Source of the DNA: Longimicrobiales bacterium
GTDB lineage: Bacteria > Gemmatimonadota > Gemmatimonadetes > Longimicrobiales > Gaopeijiaceae
Assembly (NCBI GenBank): GCA_965238005.1
Contig: OZ250165.1
Coordinates: 2,560,001 to 2,624,000 of the forward strand
Direction of reading: 5' to 3'
DNA: 64,000 bases
In this document: positions 1 through 10,309 of the stretch, piece by piece
Layout: each line of letters opens with the position of its first letter
Numbering within the stretch: the first letter of the stretch is position 1
Notes under the pieces: model-generated
What the model was told of the DNA's origin: nothing
What the model saw: the letters and a program-made list of their open reading frames with translations, nothing else
Database searches by the model: none
Made by a program: the position numbers and the translations under genes

Positions 1-90
1 CCTCGCCAGGGCCACGCGCTTTCCTGCTCGGAACCGATCGAGCAGCGATTCGAGCTCGTCGGGGAGCGGCTTCAGGAGCTCTTCGGTCAC
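1..90 (-). CDS. N-terminus (runs off window) of probable MeaB/ArgK methylmalonyl-CoA mutase-associated GTPase
   Basis: Manual translation from GTG at 90 gives MTEELLKPLPDELESLLDRFRAGKRVALAR, resembling the G-x-R-x-ALAR start of MeaB. The start overlaps the upstream stop (GTGA). Only 30 codons are visible. Confidence 0.55.
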   Translation of the reverse strand, partial: MTEELLKPLPDELESLLDRFRAGKRVALAR

Positions 91-1748
91 CGGTCGCGCT
101 CACCAGGACGGATGCGCCGGGCGTGACGCAGGGGATTCTCGAGAAGGTGCGTCGGGATGAAGAACACCAGCACGAACATGAGTAGGGCCAAGGCGAGTCC
201 CGCCACAAGTAGCCACACGCTCTGCACCGAGATGTAGAGGATCGACGAGATGACGGCCGTGGCGGTGGCGAAGATACTGAGGCTGATGCGACGGGCCTGG
301 AGGTGGAGGAAGCGCTCCTGGCCCTGAATGTCTCGGGGATGCACGCGGACCCGGAGCTCCTCACGCTCGGCCCGAGTCAGAAGGTCCATCATCGTGCGGA
401 GGGCCGTCTGAGCCTCGCCGAGCAGGTCCCTGGCGACGGCGACCGGCTGGCGGGCCGCCGTCTTCACGATCTCGCCCCGCAGGCCTCGGACCACCCGTTT
501 CAGCACGCCGAGGCCGTCGAAATTCCGGTCGTAACGGATCCCGAGCCCCTCCAGGAGGGCCGAGGTCCTGAAGAAGTAGACGAGCTCCTGGGGAAGCATG
601 ATAGGCCACGTGTAGAACGTGTCGAAGATCTCGTGGACGATCTCCTCGATGCGGTCCCGGTTCGAGATCCGCGCCCGGGCCATGATGGCGAGGATCTCCG
701 TGGCCGCCTCCCGGATCTCGCCCCTGGAAACCTCGGGACTGATCATGCCGAGCCGGTACATGCCGTTGATCATCCCGTCCAGGTCGTCTCTCTCAACCGC
801 CAACGCGAGATCGAGGATGTACTCGCGGGTCCAGCGAGGCACATCCAGGACCATTCCCCAGTCGAGGACGACGATGGTCCCGTCCTCCTGCACCAGGAGA
901 TTGCCCGGATGGGGATCCGCGTGGAGGAATCCATCCACCATCATCATCCGGAGGTAGAGGCCGGTGAGACTCTCCATCAGCTCCGTGAACCGGAGACGGC
1001 CCGACGCGAAGAAGTCGTCCAGCTGATCGATCTTCGTCCCGGCGCAGCGCTCCATTACCAGGACCCGGCGTCGAGTGTAGTCAGGCAGTACTTCGGGGGC
1101 CCTGACCTTGGGATCGTCCCCGAAGTGCCGCCGGAAGCGCTCGATGTTGTCGGCCTCGTGGTGGAAGTCCATCTCCTCCCGAACGCGGTGCGAGAATTCC
1201 CGAACCACGTTCGTCAGAGCCTGGATGTGATGGTTGGGGAAGAGGATGTTGAGCCAGTACAGGAGAGTGAACCCGATGTCGAGATCCAGGGCCACCAGCT
1301 CTTCCACTCCGGGCCGCAGGACCTTTACCACCACATCGCGACCCGCCACGACGGCACCGTGGACCTGGCCGAGGCTCGCCGCCGCCATGGGCTCTCGCTC
1401 GAACTCGTCGAAGACTTCGTCCACCGAGCGCCCGAGATCCTCCTCGAGGAGAGCGATGATCTGGTCCGGCGGGTCCGGCGGCGCCTGATCCTGGAGCATC
1501 CCGATGGCGGTCAGGTACGGCTCGGGAAAGATGTCGGCCCTGGCCGACAGCAGTTGCGCGAGCTTGATGAAGGTGGGGCCGAGACCCGCCACCCGGGCCA
1601 CCAGCTTGTGCGCCCTCCGCCGATGATGGCGCTCGCTGCGCCGGGCGGGGCGCCCCAGAATGATCCACCGCTTCCGGTCTCGCAGGAAAGCCACCACAAA
1701 AGGCGAAAGCCCTGTGAGAACCCGAATCCCCCTGAAGAGGCGCTTCAC
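87..1748 (-). CDS. AarF/ABC1/UbiB family atypical kinase
   Basis: Motifs LGPTFIKLAQ, AAASLGQVH, VKVLRPG, HADPHPGN and LDWGM; two C-terminal TM helices. Confidence 0.92.
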   Translation of the reverse strand: MKRLFRGIRVLTGLSPFVVAFLRDRKRWIILGRPARRSERHHRRRAHKLVARVAGLGPTFIKLAQLLSARADIFPEPYLTAIGMLQDQAPPDPPDQIIALLEEDLGRSVDEVFDEFEREPMAAASLGQVHGAVVAGRDVVVKVLRPGVEELVALDLDIGFTLLYWLNILFPNHHIQALTNVVREFSHRVREEMDFHHEADNIERFRRHFGDDPKVRAPEVLPDYTRRRVLVMERCAGTKIDQLDDFFASGRLRFTELMESLTGLYLRMMMVDGFLHADPHPGNLLVQEDGTIVVLDWGMVLDVPRWTREYILDLALAVERDDLDGMINGMYRLGMISPEVSRGEIREAATEILAIMARARISNRDRIEEIVHEIFDTFYTWPIMLPQELVYFFRTSALLEGLGIRYDRNFDGLGVLKRVVRGLRGEIVKTAARQPVAVARDLLGEAQTALRTMMDLLTRAEREELRVRVHPRDIQGQERFLHLQARRISLSIFATATAVISSILYISVQSVWLLVAGLALALLMFVLVFFIPTHLLENPLRHARRIRPGERDR

Positions 1749-1750
1749 AA

Positions 1751-3118
1751 CTAGAGCATCACGGTCGCGAGCCCGAGGAGCAGCAGGAAGCCCGTCATGT
1801 CCGTGAGGGCCGTGAGGAAGACCGTCGATGCCACGGCTGCATCCTGTCCTCTGCGGTCAAGGAATGTCGGAATGAAGGAGCCGGCGAACCCGGCCATGGC
1901 GATGTTTCCCCACATGGCGAGCAGCACCACGAGCCCGAGCCGGGGGTCGGCGCCCGTGACATCGGCAAGGGCCGCGGCGCCAGCGGCCACGACCGCACCG
2001 ATGATCCCACCGTTCAGCAGCGCCACCCGGAGCTCCTTGCCGACCACATGGTCGCGGCTCTCCAGGGGGCCGCCCGACGTGGCCAGCCGGCGGATCGTCA
2101 CGGCCAGCGCCTGCTGGCCGGCATTACCGCCGAGACCGGCTACTACCGGCATCGCCACGGCGAGGAGGGTGGCGGCGGCGATCTGGTCCCGGAAGAGCCA
2201 GACCACGGCGGCAGCGAAGCTGGCCGTCAAGGTGTTCAGGAGAAGCCAGGGAAGCCGGGTTCGGACCGCGTCCCGCGAGCTCCCGCGCAGCTCCTCGTCG
2301 TCGGACACGCCGGAAAAGAGGAGCAGGTCCTCGGTGGTCTCCGCTTCGAGAACGTCGATGACGTCGTCGAAGGTCACCCGACCCAGAAGGATCCCGTCCT
2401 CCGAGACCACGGGGATGGACACGAGGTTGTAGCGGCTGATCAGGTGCCCCACGTCCTCCTGGTCCGCATGGGGAGTCACCGAAGCGACGACGGGCTCCAC
2501 CAGGTTCTCGACGGGCTCGTTCGTTTCCGCGAGGATCAGATCGTCCAGGGGGACGGTGCCCAGCAGCCGGGACTCGCCGTCGACGACGAACACGGTGTAG
2601 AAGTGCTCCACCTCGCGGCCCTGCACCCGCACCGCCCCGATGGCCTCCCCCGCGCTGACAGTGCCCAACACCGAGACCAGGGCCGTGGTCATGATGCCGC
2701 CGGCGGTCTCCTCGTGGTATTGGAGAAGGTCCCGGATCTCTCCGGCCTCGTCGGCCGGAAGCTCCGCCAGGATGCGGTTCTGGTCCTCAGGCTCCAGCTC
2801 TCCGATGAGGTCAGCCGCATCGTCGTCGGGGAGCTCGTGGAGGAGCTCCGCACCCTCGGTGGGCTCCAGAGCAGCCAGGAGCTCCGCCCGGGTATCCCCC
2901 TCCTCCATCTCGGCCAGGGCCTCGGATGCGAGCTCCGCCGGAAGGGCGCGCACCAGGGCCAGGCGCGTCTCCTCGTCCACCGACTCCACTACATCGGCGA
3001 TATCCGAAGGATGGAGCTCGGCCAAAAACGCCTCCAAGGCCCCCACGTCGCCCCGGTCGACGAGGGTAGCCATGCGCTCCCAGAGATCGAGAGAATCCTG
3101 AGTCTGGCTGGTGCTCAT
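1751..3118 (-). CDS. mgtE: Magnesium transporter MgtE
   Basis: Acidic N-domain (LHPSDIAD), CBS pair after TAGGIMT, and TM region with RLPWL, MPVVAGLGGNAGQQ and LTALTD. Confidence 0.95.
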   Translation of the reverse strand: MSTSQTQDSLDLWERMATLVDRGDVGALEAFLAELHPSDIADVVESVDEETRLALVRALPAELASEALAEMEEGDTRAELLAALEPTEGAELLHELPDDDAADLIGELEPEDQNRILAELPADEAGEIRDLLQYHEETAGGIMTTALVSVLGTVSAGEAIGAVRVQGREVEHFYTVFVVDGESRLLGTVPLDDLILAETNEPVENLVEPVVASVTPHADQEDVGHLISRYNLVSIPVVSEDGILLGRVTFDDVIDVLEAETTEDLLLFSGVSDDEELRGSSRDAVRTRLPWLLLNTLTASFAAAVVWLFRDQIAAATLLAVAMPVVAGLGGNAGQQALAVTIRRLATSGGPLESRDHVVGKELRVALLNGGIIGAVVAAGAAALADVTGADPRLGLVVLLAMWGNIAMAGFAGSFIPTFLDRRGQDAAVASTVFLTALTDMTGFLLLLGLATVML

Positions 3119-3137
3119 GCCCCGGAGAGTGGGGAGC

Positions 3138-3569
3138 TCAAGACGCTTCGTCCAGTAGCTCCCGTAGAAGTCGCTCCTGGAGCCGAAACATCTCGCTTTC
3201 GAAGCGAGCGTCGGTCTCGGGATGACCGTGTCCTAAGACATGGAGCGTGCCGTGGATCGCCAGGCGCACGAGCTCCTCGATCAGGGGAACGGCCATCTCA
3301 CCGGCCTGACGCACCGCCTGCTCGTGCCCGACGTAGATGTCTCCGAGCAGGGACTCGCCCTCTTCGTGGAGCACGAAAGCGATGACGTCGGTGGGCCGGT
3401 CCAGCCCCAGGTAGGTGCGATTGAGCTCACGGATAGCCTGGTCGTCGAGGAGGGCAAGTGAGATCTCACCGTCGGTGACGCCGGCGTCACGCAAGACCAA
3501 GTCCACGGCGGAGCGAAGCATATCCTCGGACACGCCCTCCGCGGCACCGAGCGAGACCTGAACCTCCAA
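3138..3569 (-). CDS. ybeY: rRNA maturation endoribonuclease YbeY
   Basis: LNRTY..DRPTDVIAF, LGDI and the HGTLHVLGHGH metal motif. Confidence 0.95.
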   Translation of the reverse strand: MEVQVSLGAAEGVSEDMLRSAVDLVLRDAGVTDGEISLALLDDQAIRELNRTYLGLDRPTDVIAFVLHEEGESLLGDIYVGHEQAVRQAGEMAVPLIEELVRLAIHGTLHVLGHGHPETDARFESEMFRLQERLLRELLDEAS

Positions 3570-3574
3570 TCGGC

Positions 3575-5818
3575 TCAGACCCCTTCGTCGGCCGGACTGC
3601 TCGGGGCGTCCGTCAGATGCTGCGTGGTCGGGTAGTCGATGCGGTGGTGGTAGATGCCACTCAGGACCTGCACGAACGTGTCCTTGAGCAGGGTGATCTC
3701 GCGCAACGTCAGAGGAGCCTCATCGAGCTGCCCGTCCTGCTGCTTGCCCTCGACGATGCCGTCCACCAGGCTTCGCACGCGCTCAGGCGTGGGCTCCTGA
3801 AGCACCTGGGTGGCCGATTCGATGGAGTCCGCCATCATGGCGATGGCCGTCTCCTTCGACTGAGGCTTGGGGCCCGGATACCGAAAATCGGCCTCGTTCA
3901 CGTTCTCTTCGCCGAACTCCTCCGTCGCCCGTTCGTGGAAGAAGGCGATGAGCTGAGAGCCGTGATGTTCGGTGATGAAGTGCTGCACGATGTCGGGCAG
4001 CTTCTCCTCTCGGGCCAGCCTGAGGCCCTCGGTGACGTGCTCCCGCACGATGGAAGCCGAAGTGTCGGGTTTCAGCTTGTCGTGGGGGTTCCTGCCCTCG
4101 GGCTGGTTCTCCACGAAGTAGTGGGGCTTCAACACCTTGCCTACATCGTGGTAGTAGAGGCCTACCCGGCAGAGAAGCCCGTGGGCCCCGATGGAGTTGG
4201 CGGCCATCTCGCCGAGATTCGCCACGTTGATCGTGTGGGCGTAGCTCCCGGGCGCCTCCAGGGACAGACGCCGCAGGAGCGAGCGGTTCGGGTCCGCCCA
4301 CTCCAGGAGCGTCTGGTCCGTGGTGATCCCGGTGAACCACTCGAAGACGGGCACGAAGCCCATGGCGATGATCGCGCTCAGGGCCGCATTCGCCCCGGCC
4401 CACCCCAGCGAGGCGGCGACCGGCCCAGCCGAGCGCTCATCCAGAAGAGCCAGGGCCAGAAGGGTCACGGCATAGGCCCCCGTGATGATGGCCACGAACA
4501 CCCAGGTCTGCGCCCTGCGCCGGACGACGCGCACGCTCATGGCGGCCGCGGCCCCACCCACCATGGCGGGAAATAGCACATCCGTGCCCCCGAATGGGGG
4601 CTGCGCCACGGTCAGCACGGCCAAGACGAGCCCCAGGACCAGAGCGATCCTGGAGTCCCAGAGGACCGCCACGGTCAAGGTGACGAACGCCACCGGCAAC
4701 GCCTCGGGAGGGAGGCCGTTCCCCGCGACGAGCCGCGCGAGAGCGAAGTACGTGACCACCAGTCCGGCCTGCAGGATGATCCAGCGGAGGGAGGCGTAGA
4801 TCACAGGGCGGATGAAGTAGACGAGCACACCGAACACCGAGAGGATCGTCAGGTTCAGGAGGAAGGCACCGAAGATCACTCCGAAGCGAAGCCCCGGCTC
4901 CTCCAGCTGCTGGCGCCGCCGCAACTCCGCCTCGTACGCGTTCAGGCGCGCCAGGTCCTCTCGGGTGATGGGCTCGTTGGCCCTCACGATGGCCTCCTGC
5001 AGCACCACGTTCCCCTTGGTCGTGGGGACCGCCTGCCGGGCCTGTTCGCGGTCGTCGGCGGTGGTCGAGGGGTCGAAGTTCAGCGAATAGACCGTGTGGC
5101 GGATCATGATGAGCCGGAGGAGCTCACTGAGCTCAGGGCTGGGCGTCATGAGCTGACTGACGACCCGGTCCTGGAACTCACGGCCGGCGAGAACGCCATC
5201 GCTCGATAACGAGCGCCTGCTCTCCACGTCGGGATCCTGGATCAGGACCCGCTCCGCCGTGAGCTGCTGAGCCTGACTGGCTTCCATGACTCCCTGGGCG
5301 GCGTACTGCCGGGCCCCGGAGACGGCCGTGGTACGCAGGAGCCCGCGTGTCTCGTCGTCCATGAGCAGCGTGGCCTGTTCCAACCTCGCGACCACGGAAG
5401 ACCCCAGCAGGAAACGGCGCAGCGTATCCGGATCACCTGCTGAAGCGATAGTGTCGAGCTGATCGAAGAATCGGCCCAGCCGGACCTCCATCGTATCGCC
5501 GGCTTCCGGCCGGAAGTCGAAGGTGGGCGGAACACCGGCCGCCGCATCCGCCCGTTCGCGCTGCAGCTCGGCGACAGTTTTGGGGACGGCGAAGGCCACC
5601 TCCGCGATCACGGGCTCCGTCAGGACCATGCCTACCGAGTAGCGGCCCAAAGTGGACCGTCCCATGGGAGGAAAGAGCGCGGTTATGATGGCCGCGACGC
5701 CCACGATGAGCAGCAGCCGCGATCCATGATACAGCGCCCCGTCCGGCCAGGCGGGCCTGGGTTCTTCCGAAGCTCCGTGGGAGATCGGGACCTGGCCTCC
5801 GCGACCGCTTCGGGTCAA
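3575..5818 (-). CDS. 7TM-HD membrane phosphohydrolase (PgpH/YqfF-like, probable c-di-AMP phosphodiesterase)
   Basis: N-terminal TM, extracytoplasmic domain, ~7 TM helices, then an HD domain (APGSYAH, YYHDVGK, YFVENQ, EHHG, FRYPGPKPQSKE, MADSIES). Classic phoH-X-ybeY context. Confidence 0.88.
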   Translation of the reverse strand: MTRSGRGGQVPISHGASEEPRPAWPDGALYHGSRLLLIVGVAAIITALFPPMGRSTLGRYSVGMVLTEPVIAEVAFAVPKTVAELQRERADAAAGVPPTFDFRPEAGDTMEVRLGRFFDQLDTIASAGDPDTLRRFLLGSSVVARLEQATLLMDDETRGLLRTTAVSGARQYAAQGVMEASQAQQLTAERVLIQDPDVESRRSLSSDGVLAGREFQDRVVSQLMTPSPELSELLRLIMIRHTVYSLNFDPSTTADDREQARQAVPTTKGNVVLQEAIVRANEPITREDLARLNAYEAELRRRQQLEEPGLRFGVIFGAFLLNLTILSVFGVLVYFIRPVIYASLRWIILQAGLVVTYFALARLVAGNGLPPEALPVAFVTLTVAVLWDSRIALVLGLVLAVLTVAQPPFGGTDVLFPAMVGGAAAAMSVRVVRRRAQTWVFVAIITGAYAVTLLALALLDERSAGPVAASLGWAGANAALSAIIAMGFVPVFEWFTGITTDQTLLEWADPNRSLLRRLSLEAPGSYAHTINVANLGEMAANSIGAHGLLCRVGLYYHDVGKVLKPHYFVENQPEGRNPHDKLKPDTSASIVREHVTEGLRLAREEKLPDIVQHFITEHHGSQLIAFFHERATEEFGEENVNEADFRYPGPKPQSKETAIAMMADSIESATQVLQEPTPERVRSLVDGIVEGKQQDGQLDEAPLTLREITLLKDTFVQVLSGIYHHRIDYPTTQHLTDAPSSPADEGV

Positions 5819-6798
5819 GAATCCCCCTCGGAGTCCGATCTGGCGTACGCCCGGATGATGTCCTTCACCAGCCGGTGCCGGATCACGTCCATGTCGTCCA
5901 GATAGATGAACCGGATGCCGTCGATCCCACTCAAGAGAGCCTCGATCTGGAGCAGCCCGGAATCTTCCCGACGGGCCAGGTCGATCTGGGTCTTGTCACC
6001 CGTGATGACCACCTGGGAGTTCAGCCCCAGACGAGTCAGAAACATCTTCATCTGAGCCGTCGTCGAGTTCTGGGCCTCGTCGAGAATCACGAAGGCGTCG
6101 GAGAGCGTCCGGCCCCGCATATAGGCCAGTGGGGCGATCTCGATGGTCATGTCCTCGAGGGCCCGCCGCACCCGATCGCTGGGCATCATGTCCTCGAGGG
6201 CGTCGTAGAGAGGCCGCAAATATGGGTCGACCTTTTCCTGCATGTCGCCGGGCAGGAAGCCGAGGCTCTCCCCCGCCTCGACGGCGGGCCGCGCGAGGAC
6301 GATGCGCTTGACCCGCTTCTTATAGAGGGCGTCCACGGCCGCGGCCACGGCGAGGTAGGTCTTCCCGGTCCCTGCAGGGCCGATACCGATGACGATATCG
6401 TTGTCCAGGATGGAGCGGAGGTATTTCAGCTGCCCGTCCGACTTGGGACGGATGACCTTGCGCGTGCCAGGCAGCGCGATGCCGACGTCGTCGTCCGGAT
6501 GCACCACACCCTCGCCACCGCGGGCGGCGAAGCCCTCGGCGAAGCGGGCGATATCGTTGGCGTTGAACGGGGCCCGAAGGCGCGAGAGCTCGATGAGGTG
6601 TTGTACGACGGGGACCGCCTGCTCCACCGCCACGAGCTCGCCCGAGAGGATGACACGATCGTCCCGCATGACCAGTCGAATGCCGAATAGCTTCGACACT
6701 TCCTGCAGGTTGGCGTCGTTCACGCCGGTGAACAGGAGAGGGTCTACCCCCTCCGCGTCCAGCCGGTGCTCGACTACGGTGCTCTGCCCTGACGTCAT
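5815..6798 (-). CDS. phoH: PhoH family ATPase
   Basis: GPAGTGKTYLA, RPAVEAGE.LGFLPG, MRGRT and DEAQN. Confidence 0.95.
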   Translation of the reverse strand: MTSGQSTVVEHRLDAEGVDPLLFTGVNDANLQEVSKLFGIRLVMRDDRVILSGELVAVEQAVPVVQHLIELSRLRAPFNANDIARFAEGFAARGGEGVVHPDDDVGIALPGTRKVIRPKSDGQLKYLRSILDNDIVIGIGPAGTGKTYLAVAAAVDALYKKRVKRIVLARPAVEAGESLGFLPGDMQEKVDPYLRPLYDALEDMMPSDRVRRALEDMTIEIAPLAYMRGRTLSDAFVILDEAQNSTTAQMKMFLTRLGLNSQVVITGDKTQIDLARREDSGLLQIEALLSGIDGIRFIYLDDMDVIRHRLVKDIIRAYARSDSEGDS

Positions 6799-8618
6799 TC
6801 GGTGTTGCCCTCCGCTTCGACGGATCGCCCGGGCGGCCCTTCACTCATCTGAAGCCCCAGATCGGTCAGATCCGCGTCCGTCAACGGGGTGGGAGCGCCC
6901 TCAAAGAGCGCACGTGCCGCCGTGGTCTTGGGAAACGCGATCACGTCCCTGATACTGTTCGCGCCGACGAAGTGGGCGACGATCCGATCCATCCCGAAGG
7001 CCACTCCACCGTGCGGTGGGGCGCCGGAAGCGAGGGCTCCCAACAGAAACCCGAACTTACGGTCGATCTCTTCGTCCTCCAGGCCCAGAATCCTCAGAAT
7101 CCGACGTTGGATGTCCGGATCGTGGTTTCGGATGCTCCCCGAACCGAACTCCACTCCGTTGTACACCAGATCGTACGCCAGACCTCGTGCCGACATCGGC
7201 TCCGAATCGAGGAGCTCGACGTCCTCCGGATGCGGCATGACGAACGGATGATGACTCGCTGCGGGCTCGCCCTCCGGTCCCGGCTCGAAGATCGGGAAGT
7301 CCACGACCCAGAGCCACGCGTGCTCCCGCTCCTTCTCGATGCCGAGAGCCTCGATGGCAGCCGCCCTTGTAGCGGACAGGGCAGACGACGTCACACCGTC
7401 GTCTCCGGCGGCCACCAGCACAAGATCGCCGGGCGCCATTCCCAGCGACTGGAAGGCGGCCTCGTCCATGAACCGGGACAAGGGGCCCGAGCCCCCGTCC
7501 TCGCCCAGCTTGGCCCAGAGGAGGCCCGGTGCACCTGCGGCCTTGGCGTGCGACTCGACGGCCTCCACCTGCTTCCTGGACAGACGCGCCCCTCCCTCCA
7601 GGAGCAGCCCGCGGATGCGCCCCCCGCCTTCCACGGCGGCATTGAGTATGGCCGAGTCACCTCCGCTGAGGAGGTCAGTGCAGTCCTGGATCTCTAGGGA
7701 GTAGCGGAGATCCGGCCGGTCCGTACCGAAGCGCTCGAGCGCGTCCTGATAGGTCATCCGCGGGAAGGGCGTGTCCGCCTCCACACCGGGTGCCTCGGCC
7801 GCCAGCGCGGTCATCAGTCCCTCCATCCACCCAAGGATGTCGTCGGGCTCCACGAAGGATGCCTCGACGTCGATCTGGGTGAACTCAGGTTGGCGGTCCG
7901 CCCTGGGATCTTCGTCACGGAAGCAGCGGGCGATCTGGAAGTAGCGATCGAACCCGGCGGCCATGCAGATCTGCTTATAAATCTGGGGGCTCTGTGGAAG
8001 GGCGTAGAACTCTCCCTGGTGCACCCGGCTGGGTACCAGATAGTCCCGGGCCCCCTCTGGCGTCGGCTTGGTGAGGATGGGGGTCTCCACCTCTACGAAG
8101 CCCAGAGCGTCCATATGGTTCCGGCACGCCAGTATCAGGCGATGCCTGAGCCGGATGTTGCTCTGGAGCTCGTCGCGGCGAAGATCGAGGACCCGGTGCC
8201 TCAGGCGGAGCTCCTCCGAGGGCAACTCGTCCTCTGGCGCCCGGTACACGGGAATCGCAGGGACGTCGGCGTCGGTGAGTCGGCGAAGAGCCGTGGCCCT
8301 GATCTCCACGTCTCCCGTGTCGATCTGGGGATTTCGCGCTTTGACCGGCCGGGCGACCACGGGACCCACCACCGCCACCACGTCCTCCGCACCGAGCTGA
8401 TGGGCCAGCTCCAGGGATGACGCCTCCGTCCAATCGGGTCCGAAAGAGACCTGGATGAGTCCGCTGTGATCACGGAGATCCAGGAAGACCAATCCGCCCA
8501 GGTCCCGGCGGCGATGGACCCAGCCCGCCAGCTTCAGCTCGGCACCCTCATCGTCGGCGCGAATTCCACCGACCATGCGGGAACGGAGCGCGGTTCGCTC
8601 GATATCGATGTCCGTCAT
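6795..8618 (-). CDS. aspS: Aspartate--tRNA ligase
   Basis: GWVHRRRDLGG, TPEGARDYLVPSR, LPQSPQ, CFRDED.RADRQPEFTQ and PPHGG. Confidence 0.98.
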   Translation of the reverse strand: MTDIDIERTALRSRMVGGIRADDEGAELKLAGWVHRRRDLGGLVFLDLRDHSGLIQVSFGPDWTEASSLELAHQLGAEDVVAVVGPVVARPVKARNPQIDTGDVEIRATALRRLTDADVPAIPVYRAPEDELPSEELRLRHRVLDLRRDELQSNIRLRHRLILACRNHMDALGFVEVETPILTKPTPEGARDYLVPSRVHQGEFYALPQSPQIYKQICMAAGFDRYFQIARCFRDEDPRADRQPEFTQIDVEASFVEPDDILGWMEGLMTALAAEAPGVEADTPFPRMTYQDALERFGTDRPDLRYSLEIQDCTDLLSGGDSAILNAAVEGGGRIRGLLLEGGARLSRKQVEAVESHAKAAGAPGLLWAKLGEDGGSGPLSRFMDEAAFQSLGMAPGDLVLVAAGDDGVTSSALSATRAAAIEALGIEKEREHAWLWVVDFPIFEPGPEGEPAASHHPFVMPHPEDVELLDSEPMSARGLAYDLVYNGVEFGSGSIRNHDPDIQRRILRILGLEDEEIDRKFGFLLGALASGAPPHGGVAFGMDRIVAHFVGANSIRDVIAFPKTTAARALFEGAPTPLTDADLTDLGLQMSEGPPGRSVEAEGNTE

Positions 8619-9022
8619 AACTGCGTCGTCGACGATGCTCTTGTTCCTTCGTCAGGCGCCCCCCCGCTCCCGCGGGAGCAGAGCCCGAATCTGGTAAAGA
8701 GGCCGTAGCCGGCCAGCACTCCAACAGCGTTCGCCAAGCCATCCAGTAAGTCCACCTCCCTGCCCGGTACGAACGTCTGGTACCATTCGTTCAGCGCGCC
8801 GTATCCCACGCCCACGAGCATCACGAGGACGACCGGCACTTGCGACGCTGTCCTCATCCGTCCCCATGCCAGGGACAGGCCGAGAATCAGGTAGGCGCCC
8901 CCGTGGGCCAGCTTGTCCGCTCCGGAGTGCAGGGTGATGCCTGGGGAGTCCCACGCACTCAACAAAAAGAGGACCGCCGCCCAAAGGGCGGCAGGCCCCC
9001 AACCAATGATCTTCTCGATCAC
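8615..9022 (-). CDS. VanZ family membrane protein
   Basis: 3' part of ORF 8615..9619: DKLAH, YGALNEWYQTFVPGRE..LLD..AN. Start placed at GTG 9022 (uncertain); the upstream part of the ORF is antisense to rlmN. Confidence 0.8.
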   Translation of the reverse strand: MIEKIIGWGPAALWAAVLFLLSAWDSPGITLHSGADKLAHGGAYLILGLSLAWGRMRTASQVPVVLVMLVGVGYGALNEWYQTFVPGREVDLLDGLANAVGVLAGYGLFTRFGLCSRGSGGAPDEGTRASSTTQL

Positions 9023-9239
9023 GGATTGTTCGGCGATTGGAACAGCGCCCTGTCCTCCTCTCATTAGAAGGTTGTAAGCCTTCTCGTATTGGAATCGAAA
9101 GAAGTCTAACCCGGGCACCTGGGCGATACAAGAAAATCTCGAGGCCTCTAGTCCCGCGGCCCGTCCCGTTATCTTCTCCTTTAATGCGGCGGAGCCACGG
9201 CCCCGTGCACGTCGCACGGCGTGCCATCCGACAAAGACC

Positions 9240-10298
9240 ATGCGCACTGACAAGACCGACCTACTCGGCCTCACTCCCCAAGATCTCGAGGTGGTCCTCG
9301 AGGCCCATTTCGGCTCCCGCGGCCAGCCGGGGTACCGAGTGGAGCAGGTGAGGCACTGGATCTTCGAGGAGTGCGTCGAGAGCATCGAGGGCATGACCAA
9401 TTTGCCGGCGGAGGAGCGTACCGCCCTCGCGTCGACGTTCGTCCTGGGCGAGGCCGTGGCGGAAACCATCTCCCACTCCACCGACGGTACGGTCAAACAC
9501 CTCTGGAAGCTCGCAGACGGGGAGCTCGTGGAATCGGTTCTGATCCCCGCCACCGATCGGCTGACCCTCTGCATCTCGTCGCAGGCCGGCTGCGCAATGG
9601 GGTGCACCTTCTGTGCCACCGGGTGGGCCGGATTCCGGCGCCAGCTGACCGCCGGTGAGATCGTCTCCCAGTACAGGGCGTCTCGCAGGTGGGCCCTGGA
9701 GAACGACTACGGCCGGATATCGAACGTCGTCTACATGGGGATGGGCGAGCCCATGAGCAACAGGAAGGCCCTCCACCCCTCCTTGACGATCCTCAACCAG
9801 GGGTACGGCCTGGGCGCCCGCCGCATCACGGTGTCCACCGTCGGGGTCGTGCCCAGGATCCTCGAGCTCGCCGAGCGGGAAGAGCAGTTTCGCCTGGCCG
9901 TCTCCCTCCACTCTCCGGAGTCGGAGTCACGCCGGGAGCTCATCCCGCTGGAGAGGCGGTACCCTCTGCCGGAGCTGATCGGGGCACTCCGCCGCTTCGA
10001 GGAAGGCGGAGGGCGCCGGATCACCTTCGAATACGCCATGATTCGAGGGGTGAACGACGCCCCGGCCCTCGCTCCGAAGCTCGCCGAGCTCGCGTCTTCC
10101 CTCGATGCCTTCGTGAACCTCATCCCCTTCAACCCCATCCCCTACCAGGATTGGAAGGCGAGCACCGGCCAGCGGATCGAGGAGTTCCGGTCGGTTCTCG
10201 AGGAGCGGGGGGTGTCCGTAGCCGTTCGGGTGCCGAGGGGGCGCGACATCGACGCTGCGTGTGGGCAACTGCGTGCAAGCGCCCTGGAAGGCTGTTGA
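9240..10298 (+). CDS. rlmN: 23S rRNA/tRNA m2A methyltransferase RlmN (radical SAM)
   Basis: CISSQAGCAMGCTFCATG, MGMGEP, NLIPFN and DIDAACGQL. Confidence 0.97.
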   Translation: MRTDKTDLLGLTPQDLEVVLEAHFGSRGQPGYRVEQVRHWIFEECVESIEGMTNLPAEERTALASTFVLGEAVAETISHSTDGTVKHLWKLADGELVESVLIPATDRLTLCISSQAGCAMGCTFCATGWAGFRRQLTAGEIVSQYRASRRWALENDYGRISNVVYMGMGEPMSNRKALHPSLTILNQGYGLGARRITVSTVGVVPRILELAEREEQFRLAVSLHSPESESRRELIPLERRYPLPELIGALRRFEEGGGRRITFEYAMIRGVNDAPALAPKLAELASSLDAFVNLIPFNPIPYQDWKASTGQRIEEFRSVLEERGVSVAVRVPRGRDIDAACGQLRASALEGC

Positions 10299-10309
10299 GG
10301 AAGTCCACC

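Noticed and set aside
303..1754. 483 aa plus-strand ORF and similar long antisense ORFs (2048..3385, 23047..24432, 39268..40593, 47349..48935, 52453..53988)
   Set aside because: Each mirrors a well-supported gene on the other strand.
6795..8618. Non-discriminating AspRS
   Set aside because: It has RRRDLGG (Leu rather than His) and asnS is present, which is consistent with an ordinary discriminating enzyme.
9023..9619. N-terminal extension of the VanZ ORF to 334 aa
   Set aside because: It overlaps rlmN antisense and the divergent promoter; only the last ~135 aa look like protein.
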